A DNA stretch of 64,000 nucleotides from an uncultured Desulfospira sp. (GCA_963663165.1 OY760175.1:1056001-1120000); one strand, 5' to 3'; shown: positions 49,347 to 62,682, counted from the stretch's first letter. Program-made: numbers and translations. Notes: generated from the sequence alone by a model not told the origin.

Positions 49347-51863
49347 TCATCCCTCCCACTTTCTGATTTCACACAGACATGAATTGGGAGTCATGCCCGG
49401 CGCATGTTTAGACATATGTCTAGATGACGTCAACAGATTAACACATCCGCCTTTGTCGGGCGAGCCGGCTTTGCCGGGAATAATGGGATCATACTTTGCA
49501 GAGCAGCCGTAACTGTGCAGAATTCCTTTGGGAACACGTTCGGTCACGTCGGCAATACAGAGGACCGATCCCCTGTCATTGTAAAGTTCAACAATATCCC
49601 CGCCAGCGATATTCCGTTCCTTGGCATCTTCGGGGTTGATGCGGGCAGGCCACCAGTAGTAGCCGTCCTTTTCAACACGGTGAAGGGGAATTTTATGAAT
49701 CCATGAACAGACATCATACTCCACATGGAAGGAAAACCGCGGGTGAGGCATGATAATCTGCAAGGGGTATTTCTTGTACGGCTCACTTTTGTACCCTTCC
49801 CATGAGGGAATGAAATGGGGCACAATGGGCCGTTCCTCATCATCGGGCATGTTCTGCTTCAAGGATTCCGAGGCAAACTCAATCTTGCCGGTATAGGTGC
49901 CCAGTTCGCAGGCCTTGTCGGTCCCCCGTTTTTTGTTCCCCGTATCCGGGGTGTCCACAGGACGGCCTTCGGCAAACCAGCGCAGTCCCGGTGTGGGTTT
50001 GTAATCATCGGGGATGGGGATCAGGTGATATCCTTTTTTATTGAACTCTTCCCAGGGAACCGTCTTGGCCACATCGGAAGACTCATAAAAGAGGCGGCAC
50101 CAGTCTTCTTCGGTATTTCCTTCAGAAAACAGCTCTTCCATGCCCAGCCGTTCAGACAGAAGCCTTAAAATCTCATAGTCTGATTTGGATTCGCCCAGGG
50201 GTTCAATACATTTCATTTCACGGACAATCACCCGGTAGTTGTTGCCGATATGGGCATTGGTGGTGTAACCGCCGCAGGCAGACCATTCGCCAAGGTCGTC
50301 CCGTTCAAAGTTGGTGCAGGCCGGCAGGATAATGTCGGCAAACTTGGTTTCACTCATGAACCAGCAGTCCTGATTCACCACAAACTCCAGGTTCTCAGAC
50401 TGGTACATTCTCACCCACTTGTTGGTGTCCAGCATGGTCCCGATAAAGGAGCCGCCGTACCGGTAGAACATCTTGGCCAGGCCTTCCTGGGGATAGATAT
50501 TGTGGGTAAACTGCTGCTCAAGGCTCTGGCCGCAGAACCCTTCCCCGTAAAAATCCTCTTTGCCGGTCATGAAGGCTTCGGGCAGGGTCAGCCGGAACAG
50601 GCGCTGTTTGGTGGGGTTCTCAAAGCAAAGCTGCCGTTTGGCCACGGGCGATCTGCCCATCTGGCCCCTGGGTTCTGCATATCCCGGAAACCATGTGTCG
50701 GAATCGGCGGGTGCGCCCATGGTAAGCCCCCAGATGGACCGGCCGGGTTTGCCAAGGCCCTGCATGGCGGCCAGGGCAACCATCATCCGGGCCCATTCCG
50801 TTCCAAAAGCGGTCCGGCATGCGCTGCCCTCGCCACCGCGGCTTCCGCAGCTTAAAATGGTCCGTTTTTTGGCCCATTCCCTGGCCAGGGCGTAAATCTT
50901 TCTGGCCGGGATACCGGATTCATCTTCTGCCCATTCCGGGGTTTTGGGATAATTGCCGTCTCCCTCACCTAAGATATAGGCTTCAAACTGGTCAAAGCCC
51001 ACGGTTTTCTCGGCAATGTATTCTTTGTCATAGGTCCCTTCTGTCAGCCATACATAGGCGATGGACATGGCCAGGGCCGTATCCGAACCCGGGCGGGGCG
51101 GCAGCCAGGTGCCGTCCATGGTGGCCTGGGTGTAATTGTGGAAGGGGTCGATACAAATCACCTTTATCCCTTTTTCCTTGAGCCATACCCGCCAGATGGC
51201 GGATTCCTGGCCGCTGTAGGTGCCGCGGGTTGAATCCGGGTCACTGGACCACAGGACAATCATCTCCCCGTTTTGAAGGGCATCTTCCAGAAGGTCAAAC
51301 TGTTCGGGCATGCCCAGGCGCCAGTAAAATCCGTACATGTGGGTGGCACCCCAGTGCCATCCTTCCCAGGAATCGGTATTGTCAAGGATGGGCGTATAGT
51401 TGAGCATGTGCATAAACCGGTGGAACGGGCCCATTTTATAGCCCACAATCCCCCAGTTGTGATGGGAAGAGGTCATGCCCGTGATGGCGTGGCCGCCGTA
51501 GGTGTCGGTCAGGCGTTTGATTTCACTGGAAACAATGGTCAGTGCTTCATCCCAGCTGATTCTGACGTATCCGGATTTTCCGCGGTTCTGGGGGTTACGT
51601 TCCCCATTGGGGTCGAAATCCACCCGTTTCATGGGATAGAGAATACGATTTTTTGAGTAGACACGGCTTCTTTCCGCACAGGCTGTGGGCGCAAGGCGCA
51701 GTGCCCTGGGCGGTGAATACTTCTTTCCATCCGCTTCTATGGTCCATGGTTTGAATTCTTCGGCCGGAACCTGCAATGGCCGCATGCGGGTAATTTTCCC
51801 GTCTCTGACATAGACAGAAACAGGCCCGCCGCCAGTGAGATTGGTAAATACTTTTTCTTCCAT
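49347..51863 (-). CDS. athL: Pyrogallol:phloroglucinol transhydroxylase alpha subunit-like Mo enzyme
   Basis: TN..GGPV.VYV.DGKI, SSHHNWG.VGY, DSWEGWHWG..HM.GF.WRLG.PEQ.DLLED, FPGYAE and ACGGY match Pelobacter acidigallici AthL as I recall it. Confidence 0.85.
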   Translation of the reverse strand: MEEKVFTNLTGGGPVSVYVRDGKITRMRPLQVPAEEFKPWTIEADGKKYSPPRALRLAPTACAERSRVYSKNRILYPMKRVDFDPNGERNPQNRGKSGYVRISWDEALTIVSSEIKRLTDTYGGHAITGMTSSHHNWGIVGYKMGPFHRFMHMLNYTPILDNTDSWEGWHWGATHMYGFYWRLGMPEQFDLLEDALQNGEMIVLWSSDPDSTRGTYSGQESAIWRVWLKEKGIKVICIDPFHNYTQATMDGTWLPPRPGSDTALAMSIAYVWLTEGTYDKEYIAEKTVGFDQFEAYILGEGDGNYPKTPEWAEDESGIPARKIYALAREWAKKRTILSCGSRGGEGSACRTAFGTEWARMMVALAAMQGLGKPGRSIWGLTMGAPADSDTWFPGYAEPRGQMGRSPVAKRQLCFENPTKQRLFRLTLPEAFMTGKEDFYGEGFCGQSLEQQFTHNIYPQEGLAKMFYRYGGSFIGTMLDTNKWVRMYQSENLEFVVNQDCWFMSETKFADIILPACTNFERDDLGEWSACGGYTTNAHIGNNYRVIVREMKCIEPLGESKSDYEILRLLSERLGMEELFSEGNTEEDWCRLFYESSDVAKTVPWEEFNKKGYHLIPIPDDYKPTPGLRWFAEGRPVDTPDTGNKKRGTDKACELGTYTGKIEFASESLKQNMPDDEERPIVPHFIPSWEGYKSEPYKKYPLQIIMPHPRFSFHVEYDVCSWIHKIPLHRVEKDGYYWWPARINPEDAKERNIAGGDIVELYNDRGSVLCIADVTERVPKGILHSYGCSAKYDPIIPGKAGSPDKGGCVNLLTSSRHMSKHAPGMTPNSCLCEIRKWEG

Positions 51864-51968
51864 TAAGCTATCCTCTCTTAATATGCTTTCGTAACAAGAA
51901 TACGATACCGTTTCCGGCAGTATTTTCCCGTATCAGACTTCCCAAAGCAGGCCAATATTCCGGTTTGG

Positions 51969-51987
51969 TGTTCCGTATACCGAAACA
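51969..51987. promoter_or_regulatory. Putative IclR operator upstream of athL
   Basis: TGTTCCG-TATAC-CGAAACA quasi-palindrome; a matching GTGCCG-ACATA-CGAAAC at 52196-52212 lies just upstream of the IclR gene. Confidence 0.55.
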
Positions 51988-52240
51988 TCAGCGCTTATTT
52001 TAAATTAGTATACACCACAGCCTTCTTGAGTCAAGAAATTTCCGCAGAAAAACGGTCGGCCTTTTTGGCATCGAATCACATATATTCGGCAATTCGTCTG
52101 GTTTTCAGGTCATTGAATCGATCTTCACATCCCTGATTTTATCTTCACATATTGTGCCTCATATATTGACAAAACAGAACAAAACCTATAGTAATGTGCC
52201 GACATACGAAACGAAACGATCATTAGGCAAAGACAAACAC

Positions 52241-53020
52241 ATGCACAATCACCAGAGCAACGAATCATCGGTTGAAAAAGCAATGGCTATTCTCAGCACC
52301 TTTGCCGATCACGACGGCGAAATGGGAATAACCGAAATCGGCACCAAGCTCGGATTTCACAAGTCCACCGCAAACCGGTTGATTAAGAATCTGGAAAGTT
52401 CGGGGTTCCTTCAGCAAAATCCCATTACCAAGAAATATTTTCTGGGAAGGGTGGCGATCCAAATGGGCCAAAGCGCGGTACGGTCCTTAAACAACCGGAT
52501 CATATCAACGGCCATTCCCTTTTTAGAAGACCTGACCCGGCAGACCGGCGAAACATCGGCCCTTGAAATCCTTTCCGGATACAACGTCATTTTAGCGTTT
52601 CATATCCAGGGCCCAAGCCACCTTCACTTTACCTTTCGCCGGGGGGGACTGGTTTATTTAAATGTATCGGTGGGGGCCAAATCCATTCTTTCACACGCAC
52701 AAAATGACTTTCTTGATATCTGCCTTCAGCGCCCGTTCAGGAAATTTAACGAAAATACCATTGTTTCCAAAGAAGCCTTTCGTGCGGCCCTCAAAAAGGT
52801 CAGGGCGGAAGGGGTGGCCTACGACAGGGGGGAGCGGTACCAGGAGATTCACGCCATCGGGGCCCCCATTCTGTTGCCCGGCAAGCCGCCGGAAAGCGCT
52901 GTGGTGATTGCCGGGCCGGCATCCCGGATGACCGATGATTTTTTAAAAACCCTGATCATGCCCATCAAAAAAACCGCCGCCGATATTGCCCAGGCCCTTT
53001 TGGCCCAAAACATCGATTAG
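52241..53020 (+). CDS. IclR-family transcriptional regulator
   Basis: SVEKA..IL, HKSTANRL..L...GFL, TGET, GKS-like VGAKSIL and G.AYD.GE; divergent from athL. Confidence 0.92.
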   Translation: MHNHQSNESSVEKAMAILSTFADHDGEMGITEIGTKLGFHKSTANRLIKNLESSGFLQQNPITKKYFLGRVAIQMGQSAVRSLNNRIISTAIPFLEDLTRQTGETSALEILSGYNVILAFHIQGPSHLHFTFRRGGLVYLNVSVGAKSILSHAQNDFLDICLQRPFRKFNENTIVSKEAFRAALKKVRAEGVAYDRGERYQEIHAIGAPILLPGKPPESAVVIAGPASRMTDDFLKTLIMPIKKTAADIAQALLAQNID

Positions 53021-53146
53021 CCTGTTGCCCCGGGTAACCGTATTTGAAATAATACATTTGTGTAGGGGATTAGGCCGAAGGCTGAAGGGATTTAGGGTTG
53101 CGCATCCCCTTCAGCCTAATCACCTTCAGTCTAATTACCTTGCCAT

Positions 53147-54334
53147 CTATTCCATTAATTTGGTGACGGCTTTTTCCAGCCCGTCCAAGGAAAGCTCAAA
53201 CATGGGAAAAATACTGGAAATGGTCAAAATGGTATGGGTATACCCCCACATCCGCTGGGATACGGGGTTAAGCCAGACCGAGTGGGAAAAGGTTTCAGAT
53301 AAAAATTTAAGCTGTTCAAGGCTGGGCCGGCCGCTTCGCTCGGAAATATGGATGGAGCCGTCCCGGGCCATGAGTTCATAGGGGGCCATGGAGGCATCCC
53401 CCACAATGACCAGGCGCGTTTCCGGGTCCAGCTTTGAAAAATCCATGACCTTTTTGGGTTTTCTGTACCGGGCCGGGTCTTCCCATAACTGATCATATAT
53501 GGTGTTATGGAAAAAGTAGGTTTTCACTTCTTTGAACTGGGACCGGGCATAGTCAAACAGGGTCTGGACCACCTCTATATACGGATCCATGGACCAGCCG
53601 CCGTTGTCAATGGCCAGGATCACCTTGAGCCGGTCCTTAAGGGCCCGGTCAAATATCAGTTCGATCTCTCCGGCATTGCGCATGGTCTCCCGGATGGTTT
53701 CATCCACGTTGACCTGGTCTTTAGGGCCTGCCGGGATCATGTTGCGAAGGCGCTTTAAGGCCTCTCCGATCCTTGCCTGGGTCAAGGGGCCGGAGGTTGA
53801 ATAATCCTTATACCGCCGCTCATTGGCCACCTTTACCGCGGATTTGTTCCGGGATTCGCCGCCCACCCGCATGCCGCCGGGATGATAGCCGGAATGGCCC
53901 ACCGGGGAAAAACCGCCGGTCCCGATCCATTTGTTCCCGCCGTCATGACGGCCGTCCTGATCCTTGAGCCGCGCCTTAAAGTAGTCAATGAGCTCTTCCG
54001 GGGACATCTGGTTGAGTTTTTCCTGGCTCACCCCCAGGGCATCGGCCATCTGTTTGGGGTTTTTGAGCCACTCATCCAGCATGGCGCGGGCCACTTCATC
54101 CACCTCAAACCCCTTATCCTCGGGCAGGGGCACCCCTTCAAAATAATGGGCAAACACCTGGTCATACAAATCAAAATACCGCTCGCTTTTCACCAGGATG
54201 GCTCGGGCACAGGTATAAAAGTCATCTAAGCTGTTGATGCTCCCCTGGCTTAAGGCCTTTTGCAGGGTCAAAAAAGAGGTGGGGGATACGGGAATGCCCG
54301 CCTCCCTCAGGATATAAAAAAACCGGATAAACAT
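53147..54334 (-). CDS. VWA-domain (CoxE-like) protein
   Basis: HDGGNKWIGTGG.SP.GH.G, DNGGWSMDPY, YFFHN, VGDASMAPYE and WLNP. Confidence 0.85.
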   Translation of the reverse strand: MFIRFFYILREAGIPVSPTSFLTLQKALSQGSINSLDDFYTCARAILVKSERYFDLYDQVFAHYFEGVPLPEDKGFEVDEVARAMLDEWLKNPKQMADALGVSQEKLNQMSPEELIDYFKARLKDQDGRHDGGNKWIGTGGFSPVGHSGYHPGGMRVGGESRNKSAVKVANERRYKDYSTSGPLTQARIGEALKRLRNMIPAGPKDQVNVDETIRETMRNAGEIELIFDRALKDRLKVILAIDNGGWSMDPYIEVVQTLFDYARSQFKEVKTYFFHNTIYDQLWEDPARYRKPKKVMDFSKLDPETRLVIVGDASMAPYELMARDGSIHISERSGRPSLEQLKFLSETFSHSVWLNPVSQRMWGYTHTILTISSIFPMFELSLDGLEKAVTKLME

Positions 54335-54343
54335 GGCCGCCCC

Positions 54344-55195
54344 TTAAAACAGTTTGCGCCGGGACGTGATATTCTGGGCTCTTTCGTAATCCGGGCTTTT
54401 TTTAAACAGGACGCCAAGAAAGGGCAGCTTGCCGTTGACCAGATCCTTGGCTCTGAAATCCGGGTCCGCATCCAGAGCCCTGATCCAGTTGATCAGTTCC
54501 CGGGTGGCCGGTTTTTTTTCAACCGCCTCGATTTCCCTTAAACTGTAAAAAGCCTGAATGGCGTTTTCAGCCAGGTTGGCGTCAATATGCTCAAAATGAA
54601 CCCCGATGATTTTGCGCATCATCTTGGGATCGGGAAAGGCAATGTGATGAAAATTACACCGGCCCAGGAAAGGGTCTGACAGGTCTTTTTTGGCATTGGA
54701 GGTGATGATGATCACCGGCCGGTTTTTGGCCTGAATGGTCTGGTCGGTTTCAATAATGTCAAACTGCATCTGGTCCAAAACATCAAGCATGTCATCCTGA
54801 AAATCCGTGTCAGCCTTGTCAATCTCATCGATAAGCAGCACCGTCTTCCGGTCGGCACAAAAGGCCTGGCCGATCTTTCCCATCTTGATGTACTCATTGA
54901 TATCGCTCACGTCCCGCTTGGAGTCCCCAAACCTTGAATCATTCAGCCGGGTCAAGGTATCATACTGATAAAGGGCTTCCACAAGCTTCATGCTCGACTT
55001 GACGTTCAGGATGATCAGGGGCATGGAAAGGCTTTCGGCAATGGCATGGGCCAGCATGGTCTTTCCGGTTCCGGGTTCTCCCTTGAGCAGCAACGGCATT
55101 TCAAGGGTCATGGATATATTGACAATGGAGGCCAGTTCCGCATCCAGAACATATTTTCTGGCTCCCTGGAATTTGGTATCACCGGATTGGGTCAT
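54344..55195 (-). CDS. MoxR-family AAA+ ATPase
   Basis: GEPGTGKT, LLIDEIDKAD, ITSN and F.GRC.FH; start MTQSG at 55195. Confidence 0.9.
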   Translation of the reverse strand: MTQSGDTKFQGARKYVLDAELASIVNISMTLEMPLLLKGEPGTGKTMLAHAIAESLSMPLIILNVKSSMKLVEALYQYDTLTRLNDSRFGDSKRDVSDINEYIKMGKIGQAFCADRKTVLLIDEIDKADTDFQDDMLDVLDQMQFDIIETDQTIQAKNRPVIIITSNAKKDLSDPFLGRCNFHHIAFPDPKMMRKIIGVHFEHIDANLAENAIQAFYSLREIEAVEKKPATRELINWIRALDADPDFRAKDLVNGKLPFLGVLFKKSPDYERAQNITSRRKLF

Positions 55196-55473
55196 TTTAT
55201 ACTCTCTTATCTTGGCAGTTATCATAAGGCCGGCCGGTATAACCTTAGACCTTATGGATTTTATGGATTCCGACCGTACAGCCGCTGTTGGGTTGGAGCA
55301 AATATAATACCGATACCAATCTTTGCACAAGGTTTTTTGAGAAAATCAATTTTTATGACATATTTGTTCTTTTTTATTTTGACGGCTTAAATTCTAAATC
55401 ATTGACACTGTTCAAGCTTAAATGGTAAAAGTTGCCCAATAAACTTCAAGCGACACAAACTTAGGAGACAACT

Positions 55474-55659
55474 ATGATTGGTGGAATTGGGATGCCTGAA
55501 CTGATCATCATTCTGGTGATTATTCTGATCATTTTTGGTGCCGGCAAGCTGCCTGAAATTGGTGCGGGACTGGGAAAAGGTATTAAAAACTTTAAAAAAG
55601 CCACTAAAGAGCCCATTGAAGATACCAAAGACGACCCCCCTAAAATCGACCAGGATTAA
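55474..55659 (+). CDS. tatA: Twin-arginine translocase TatA
   Basis: IG.PEL...[20 protein letters not shown]. Confidence 0.95.
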   Translation: MIGGIGMPELIIILVIILIIFGAGKLPEIGAGLGKGIKNFKKATKEPIEDTKDDPPKIDQD

Positions 55660-55682
55660 ACGGCCTGACAGATCGGATCATC

Positions 55683-55720
55683 CACAGCCGGGCGATGGCC
55701 TTTCCCGGCTGTCTTGTTTT
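55683..55720 (+). terminator. Terminator after tatA
   Basis: acagccggg...cccggctgt hairpin followed by cttgttttt. Confidence 0.6.
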
Positions 55721-55790
55721 TAACGCCTTCAACAGAACTTGCCTGCCGATTATCTCTCAACCGTTTCAGCATCAACCACCGCGCAGGACA

Positions 55791-55840
55791 AATTACAAAA
55801 ATGGGGTGTTTTAATTTGATTTAGGTACATTTTTGTAATT
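55791..55840. promoter_or_regulatory. Inverted repeat, candidate enhancer-binding-protein site
   Basis: Perfect 13-bp IR aattacaaaaatg-N24-catttttgtaatt, about 70-120 bp upstream of a sigma54 promoter. Confidence 0.55.
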
Positions 55841-55912
55841 CAATTTTTGTTTTTCTTAAAAATTCGTTCGATATTTATGGACAAAAATCCAAAGCCCTTG
55901 TCGTTTAAAGGC

Positions 55913-55928
55913 TGGCACGCCCATTGCT
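55913..55928 (+). promoter_or_regulatory. Sigma-54 (-24/-12) promoter of glnD-glnB-glnA
   Basis: TGGCACG-CCCA-TTGCT matches the consensus sequence and spacing. Confidence 0.85.
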
Positions 55929-56021
55929 TATAACTTTACCGGTTTGGAAATGCGAGCCGCGGTACTGAACAGGAAAAAACCAAATATTACACGGAAGATT
56001 AGCAGCAGCATTAACACCATT

Positions 56022-58980
<2,959 letters not shown>

Positions 58981-59017
58981 ACCATACCCATTTAACCAAA
59001 ACAAGAAAGGAACAAAA

Positions 59018-60430
59018 ATGACACCAACAGACGTACTGGCAATGATCAAAGAAAACGATGTGAAAATTGTTGACATCAGGTGGCTGGACTTCATCGGCAC
59101 CTGGCAGCACTTTTCAGTCCCCGTTGCAGAGCTTACCGAATCCTCATTTGAAGACGGCTTCGGATTTGACGGATCTTCCATGAGGGCATGGCAGGACATC
59201 AACAACTCTGACATGATCGTTCTCCCGGACCCGGACACCGCCAAAATCGATCCCTTTTTCAAGGTCCCGACCCTGGCCATTATCGGCAACATCCATGACC
59301 CCATCACCCAGGAAGCTTACTCCAGGGACCCCAGGGGAATTGCCAAACGGGTAGAAGCCTACATCAAAACCACCGGCCTCGGCGATACCATTTATATTGG
59401 TCCTGAACCTGAATTTTTCATCTTCTCCAACATCCGGTATGCCTCAGAAGCCCATGCATCCTTCTTTGAAATTGACTCCCCGGAAGCCAACTGGAACACC
59501 GGCGAAGGCGACATCCCCAACCTGGGTTACAAAATCCGGCCCAAATCCGGGTACTTCCCCCTTCCCCCCACAGACCAGTACCAGGACATGAGAACTGAAA
59601 TGATGCTGACTCTGGAAAGCCTTGGCATTGCCATGGAATGCCAGCATCACGAAGTGGCCTCTGCCGGCCAGTCCGAAATTGACTTGCGGTTTGACTCCCT
59701 GACCAACATGGGCGACAAACTGGCCTGGTTCAAATATGTATTAAGAAACGTGGCCGCCAAATACAACCATACTGTCACCTTCATGCCCAAACCGCTTTAC
59801 GGTGACAACGGCACCGGCATGCACACCCATTTAAGTTTCTGGAAAGACGGCAACCCCACCTTTGCCGGCAACCAGTATGCAGGCATGTCACAGGAAGCCC
59901 TCTGGGCCATCGGCGGTATCATGAAACACTGCAAAGCCCTGTGCGCCATCACCAACCCGACCACCAACTCATACAAACGTCTGGTTCCCGGGTTTGAAGC
60001 GCCCATTAAACTGGCTTACTCCAGCCGGAACAGATCGGCTGCCATCCGTCTGCCCATGTACTCGAGCTCTCCCAAGGCAAAACGGATCGAGTTCAGAACT
60101 CCGGACCCCTCTGCCAACGGCTACATGGCCTTCTCCGCCATGGCCATGGCCATGATCGACGGTATCCAGAACAAGCTTGATCCGGGCGATCCCATGGATA
60201 AAAACATCTATGATCTGCCCCCCGAAGAACTGGCCACCATCCCGTCCGCTCCAGGCTCCCTTGAAGAAGCGCTTGAAGCACTCAAAGAAGACCATGACTT
60301 CCTGCTCAAGGGCGATGTGTTCACCAAGGACGTTATCGACTACTGGATTGACTACAAGATGGAAAACGAAGTTAAACCCGTTATCAGCCGTCCCCATCCC
60401 CATGAGTTCTACCTGTACTATGACATTTAA
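59018..60430 (+). CDS. glnA: Glutamine synthetase type I
   Basis: FDGSS, GPEPEFF, HHEVA, FMPKP, NSYKRLVPG, RIEFR and the NIY adenylylation site; start MTPTD at 59018. Confidence 0.97.
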   Translation: MTPTDVLAMIKENDVKIVDIRWLDFIGTWQHFSVPVAELTESSFEDGFGFDGSSMRAWQDINNSDMIVLPDPDTAKIDPFFKVPTLAIIGNIHDPITQEAYSRDPRGIAKRVEAYIKTTGLGDTIYIGPEPEFFIFSNIRYASEAHASFFEIDSPEANWNTGEGDIPNLGYKIRPKSGYFPLPPTDQYQDMRTEMMLTLESLGIAMECQHHEVASAGQSEIDLRFDSLTNMGDKLAWFKYVLRNVAAKYNHTVTFMPKPLYGDNGTGMHTHLSFWKDGNPTFAGNQYAGMSQEALWAIGGIMKHCKALCAITNPTTNSYKRLVPGFEAPIKLAYSSRNRSAAIRLPMYSSSPKAKRIEFRTPDPSANGYMAFSAMAMAMIDGIQNKLDPGDPMDKNIYDLPPEELATIPSAPGSLEEALEALKEDHDFLLKGDVFTKDVIDYWIDYKMENEVKPVISRPHPHEFYLYYDI

Positions 60431-60462
60431 TTTAACCTGAAGTATTAATTGCCTCTCCTTAG

Positions 60463-60504
60463 CCTGCCCCGGGAATTGACTCTCTCCCCCGGGGCAGGTT
60501 TTTT
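60463..60504 (+). terminator. Rho-independent terminator after glnA
   Basis: cctgccccggg...cccggggcagg followed by a T run. Confidence 0.85.
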
Positions 60505-60506
60505 GA

Positions 60507-60540
60507 TTTTAGCTTTTAGCTGTTAGCCTTTAGCTGTTAG
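60507..60540. repeat. Tandem TTTTAGC/TGTTAGC heptamers (same family as 14764-14850)
   Basis: ttttagc ttttagc tgttagc ctttagc tgttag. Confidence 0.8.
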
Positions 60541-60678
60541 GCAGGCCTTTTGGCATGGCGCGCCCGCCCGCTTCGCTTATAACCTAAATGCTTCATAACT
60601 TTTTTTGATGCAATCAAAAAGAAAATACGCTATAAGAAAACCTGTTTTTAACCAGCATAGGAGATAACCACACACACC

Positions 60679-61566
60679 ATGGGATTCTTATCTAACAGAT
60701 GTCGTCCAGGCCTTCTCATCCTTATTTTCCTGATGTTAATCACATGCTCCCATGCCTGGGCTGCCGGAAAACAGGCCCCCGGGGCAAAGGACCTGGATGC
60801 CCTGGCCCAGCGGCTGATCGCTGACGGGTTTGCCCCTGAAAAGATTACCCCTCTGTTTACCCAGAAGACCGTATTTTTTGATCCCGACGGTGTATCCCTG
60901 TTTTTCATCCATACCGAATCCAGCCTCAACTACGACCAGTTCACCACCAAAGAATCCATTGCCAAAGCGGCCAACTATATCAAAACCCACAAAGAGACCC
61001 TGGATAAGGCAGAAGCCGATTATGGCGTAGACAAAACCGCCATTGCCGCCATCCTCCTGGTGGAGACCCAGCTCGGCAGTTATCTGGGCAACCGGACGGT
61101 CATCAACACCCTGTCCACCATGGCCGCCCTGACAGACCCGGTTCTGGTGGAAAAAATATGGAACTCCATTCCTGACAAGAAAAAACCCAGCCGGGAAAAA
61201 TTCTTAGAAAAAGTCGAAAAAAAATCCGCGTGGGGATACGAGGAACTCAAGGCACTGCTCCAATATACGGAAAGGGAACAGCTATCCCCAGAATCCATCA
61301 AAGGCTCTTATGCCGGGGCCATGGGAATCCCCCAGTTCATGCCTTCCAACGCCCTGACCCTGGCCCGGGACGGCAATGCCGACGGCAAAATCGACTTATT
61401 TAACCATGAAGACGCCATTGTCAGCGTGGCCAACTATCTCAAAAGCCACGGCTGGAAACCGGACATCTCCCGCCAGCGCCGTCACGAGGTCCTGTTCGAG
61501 TACAACCATTCCAACTACTATGTAGATACCCTGATGAAAATTTCAGACAAGCTCAAGGAAGGATAA
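60679..61566 (+). CDS. mltB: Lytic murein transglycosylase B-like
   Basis: AILLVET (catalytic Glu), GSYAGAMGIPQFMPS, EF-hand DGNADGKID, SVANYL and YNHS. Confidence 0.9.
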   Translation: MGFLSNRCRPGLLILIFLMLITCSHAWAAGKQAPGAKDLDALAQRLIADGFAPEKITPLFTQKTVFFDPDGVSLFFIHTESSLNYDQFTTKESIAKAANYIKTHKETLDKAEADYGVDKTAIAAILLVETQLGSYLGNRTVINTLSTMAALTDPVLVEKIWNSIPDKKKPSREKFLEKVEKKSAWGYEELKALLQYTEREQLSPESIKGSYAGAMGIPQFMPSNALTLARDGNADGKIDLFNHEDAIVSVANYLKSHGWKPDISRQRRHEVLFEYNHSNYYVDTLMKISDKLKEG

Positions 61567-61579
61567 CCCCTAAACACCC

Positions 61580-61792
61580 ATGGACAATACCGTTTTATAT
61601 ATCCTGCTCATTGCCGGCATCTCGTTGATCCTGACCATGCTGTCCCTTATCGACATCATCAAAAAAGACTTTCCCTCCACCCGGATGAAAGTCATGTGGC
61701 ACTTCATCGCCCTGATCCCGCTTATCGGCTGGCTGATCTACCTGATTTTCGGGTTCCGCACGGGAAAGAAAAAAACGTTTCCCGAACCCTGA
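61580..61792 (+). CDS. Small membrane protein, PLDc N-terminal domain
   Basis: DII......K..W...ALIPLIG..IY pattern. Confidence 0.75.
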   Translation: MDNTVLYILLIAGISLILTMLSLIDIIKKDFPSTRMKVMWHFIALIPLIGWLIYLIFGFRTGKKKTFPEP

Positions 61793-61857
61793 GAATCGTA
61801 ATTTTCGTTGACTTTCCAGGGAACTTCATATAACTATACCCCTTGCATATAAACTTT

Positions 61858-61933
61858 GGTCCCATCGTCTAGTGGTTCAGGACGCCGGCCTCTCACGCCG
61901 GTAACACGGGTTCGAATCCCGTTGGGATCACCA
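61858..61933 (+). tRNA. tRNA-Glu (anticodon CTC)
   Basis: Cloverleaf with acceptor GGTCCCA/TGGGATC, anticodon arm CCGGC-CT-CTC-AC-GCCGG, T-loop GGTTCGAATCC and encoded CCA. Confidence 0.97.
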
Positions 61934-61943
61934 CCATACAGAT

Positions 61944-61976
61944 AAAGGCTTTCAGCGATTTGCTGAGAGCCTTTTT
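61944..61976 (+). terminator. Terminator after the tRNA
   Basis: aaaggctttcagc-gattt-gctgagagcctttt. Confidence 0.75.
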
Positions 61977-62112
61977 GATTTTAGGGCATTTGATTTCCCA
62001 ACCGTATTTTCAACCTTTTGTTTTGGGAGTATATCAGGGTAGATACTCTTAACAGGGGGAACAAAGAGCTACGCATCCTTGTGCAGCGTTCGTTGTTTTT
62101 GGCTCATCATAA

Positions 62113-62682
62113 TTAAAACCCTGAAATATCTATTCCAAATGTTTCTAAGACTTCTTCAAGAAAAGTTTTGTATGGCAGATCATTGGTGTAAGATAGCCAG
62201 CCAACCAGTTCTTTTATTTTTGTTTTATCGATATGATTGGCTTCATGCATTTTTATAAGCAATGACATTATCCGCATGACCTTGATGTTCATAGACTTTG
62301 CAAGGTCGATCATATTTTTGTCGTCTGTGATGACCGGGATGTCAAGGACATACCCTGCTGACAGCGCTCGAACATCTACCGGAGAAGCGCCATAGCCATT
62401 GTTAATGTTTTGTTCCCAAATATACGTTTCCGCGAGATTGATATCTTTTATATTTTGCTTGGAAAGTGTCAGGTACTTGCACCTGTTCTTTTTAAATTTT
62501 TCGTCATTTACCCATGGAAATTTTCTCTTAAGCCGTTGCTGCCGTTCAAACTCTTTTTGAAAATCTTTAATCAGGTATAATGTGAATTCCTCTTTACCAA
62601 ATGAAACAAAAAGAAGCGGATGGATGCTGTAAGCAAGCCTGAGATATGCGTTGGTATCAAGAAGAAGTTTTGTTTGTGGCAT
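62113..62682 (-). CDS. PIN-domain protein (putative toxin/nuclease)
   Basis: LLLDTN ... QKEF ... VD..AL ... VITDD acidic PIN pattern; its start overlaps the upstream stop (TAATG). Confidence 0.75.
   Translation of the reverse strand: MPQTKLLLDTNAYLRLAYSIHPLLFVSFGKEEFTLYLIKDFQKEFERQQRLKRKFPWVNDEKFKKNRCKYLTLSKQNIKDINLAETYIWEQNINNGYGASPVDVRALSAGYVLDIPVITDDKNMIDLAKSMNIKVMRIMSLLIKMHEANHIDKTKIKELVGWLSYTNDLPYKTFLEEVLETFGIDISGF

Noticed and set aside
55474..55659. tatA as a sign that the Mo enzymes are exported
   Set aside because: Neither alpha subunit nor the FDH shows a twin-arginine signal; tatA appears to be an independent unit.
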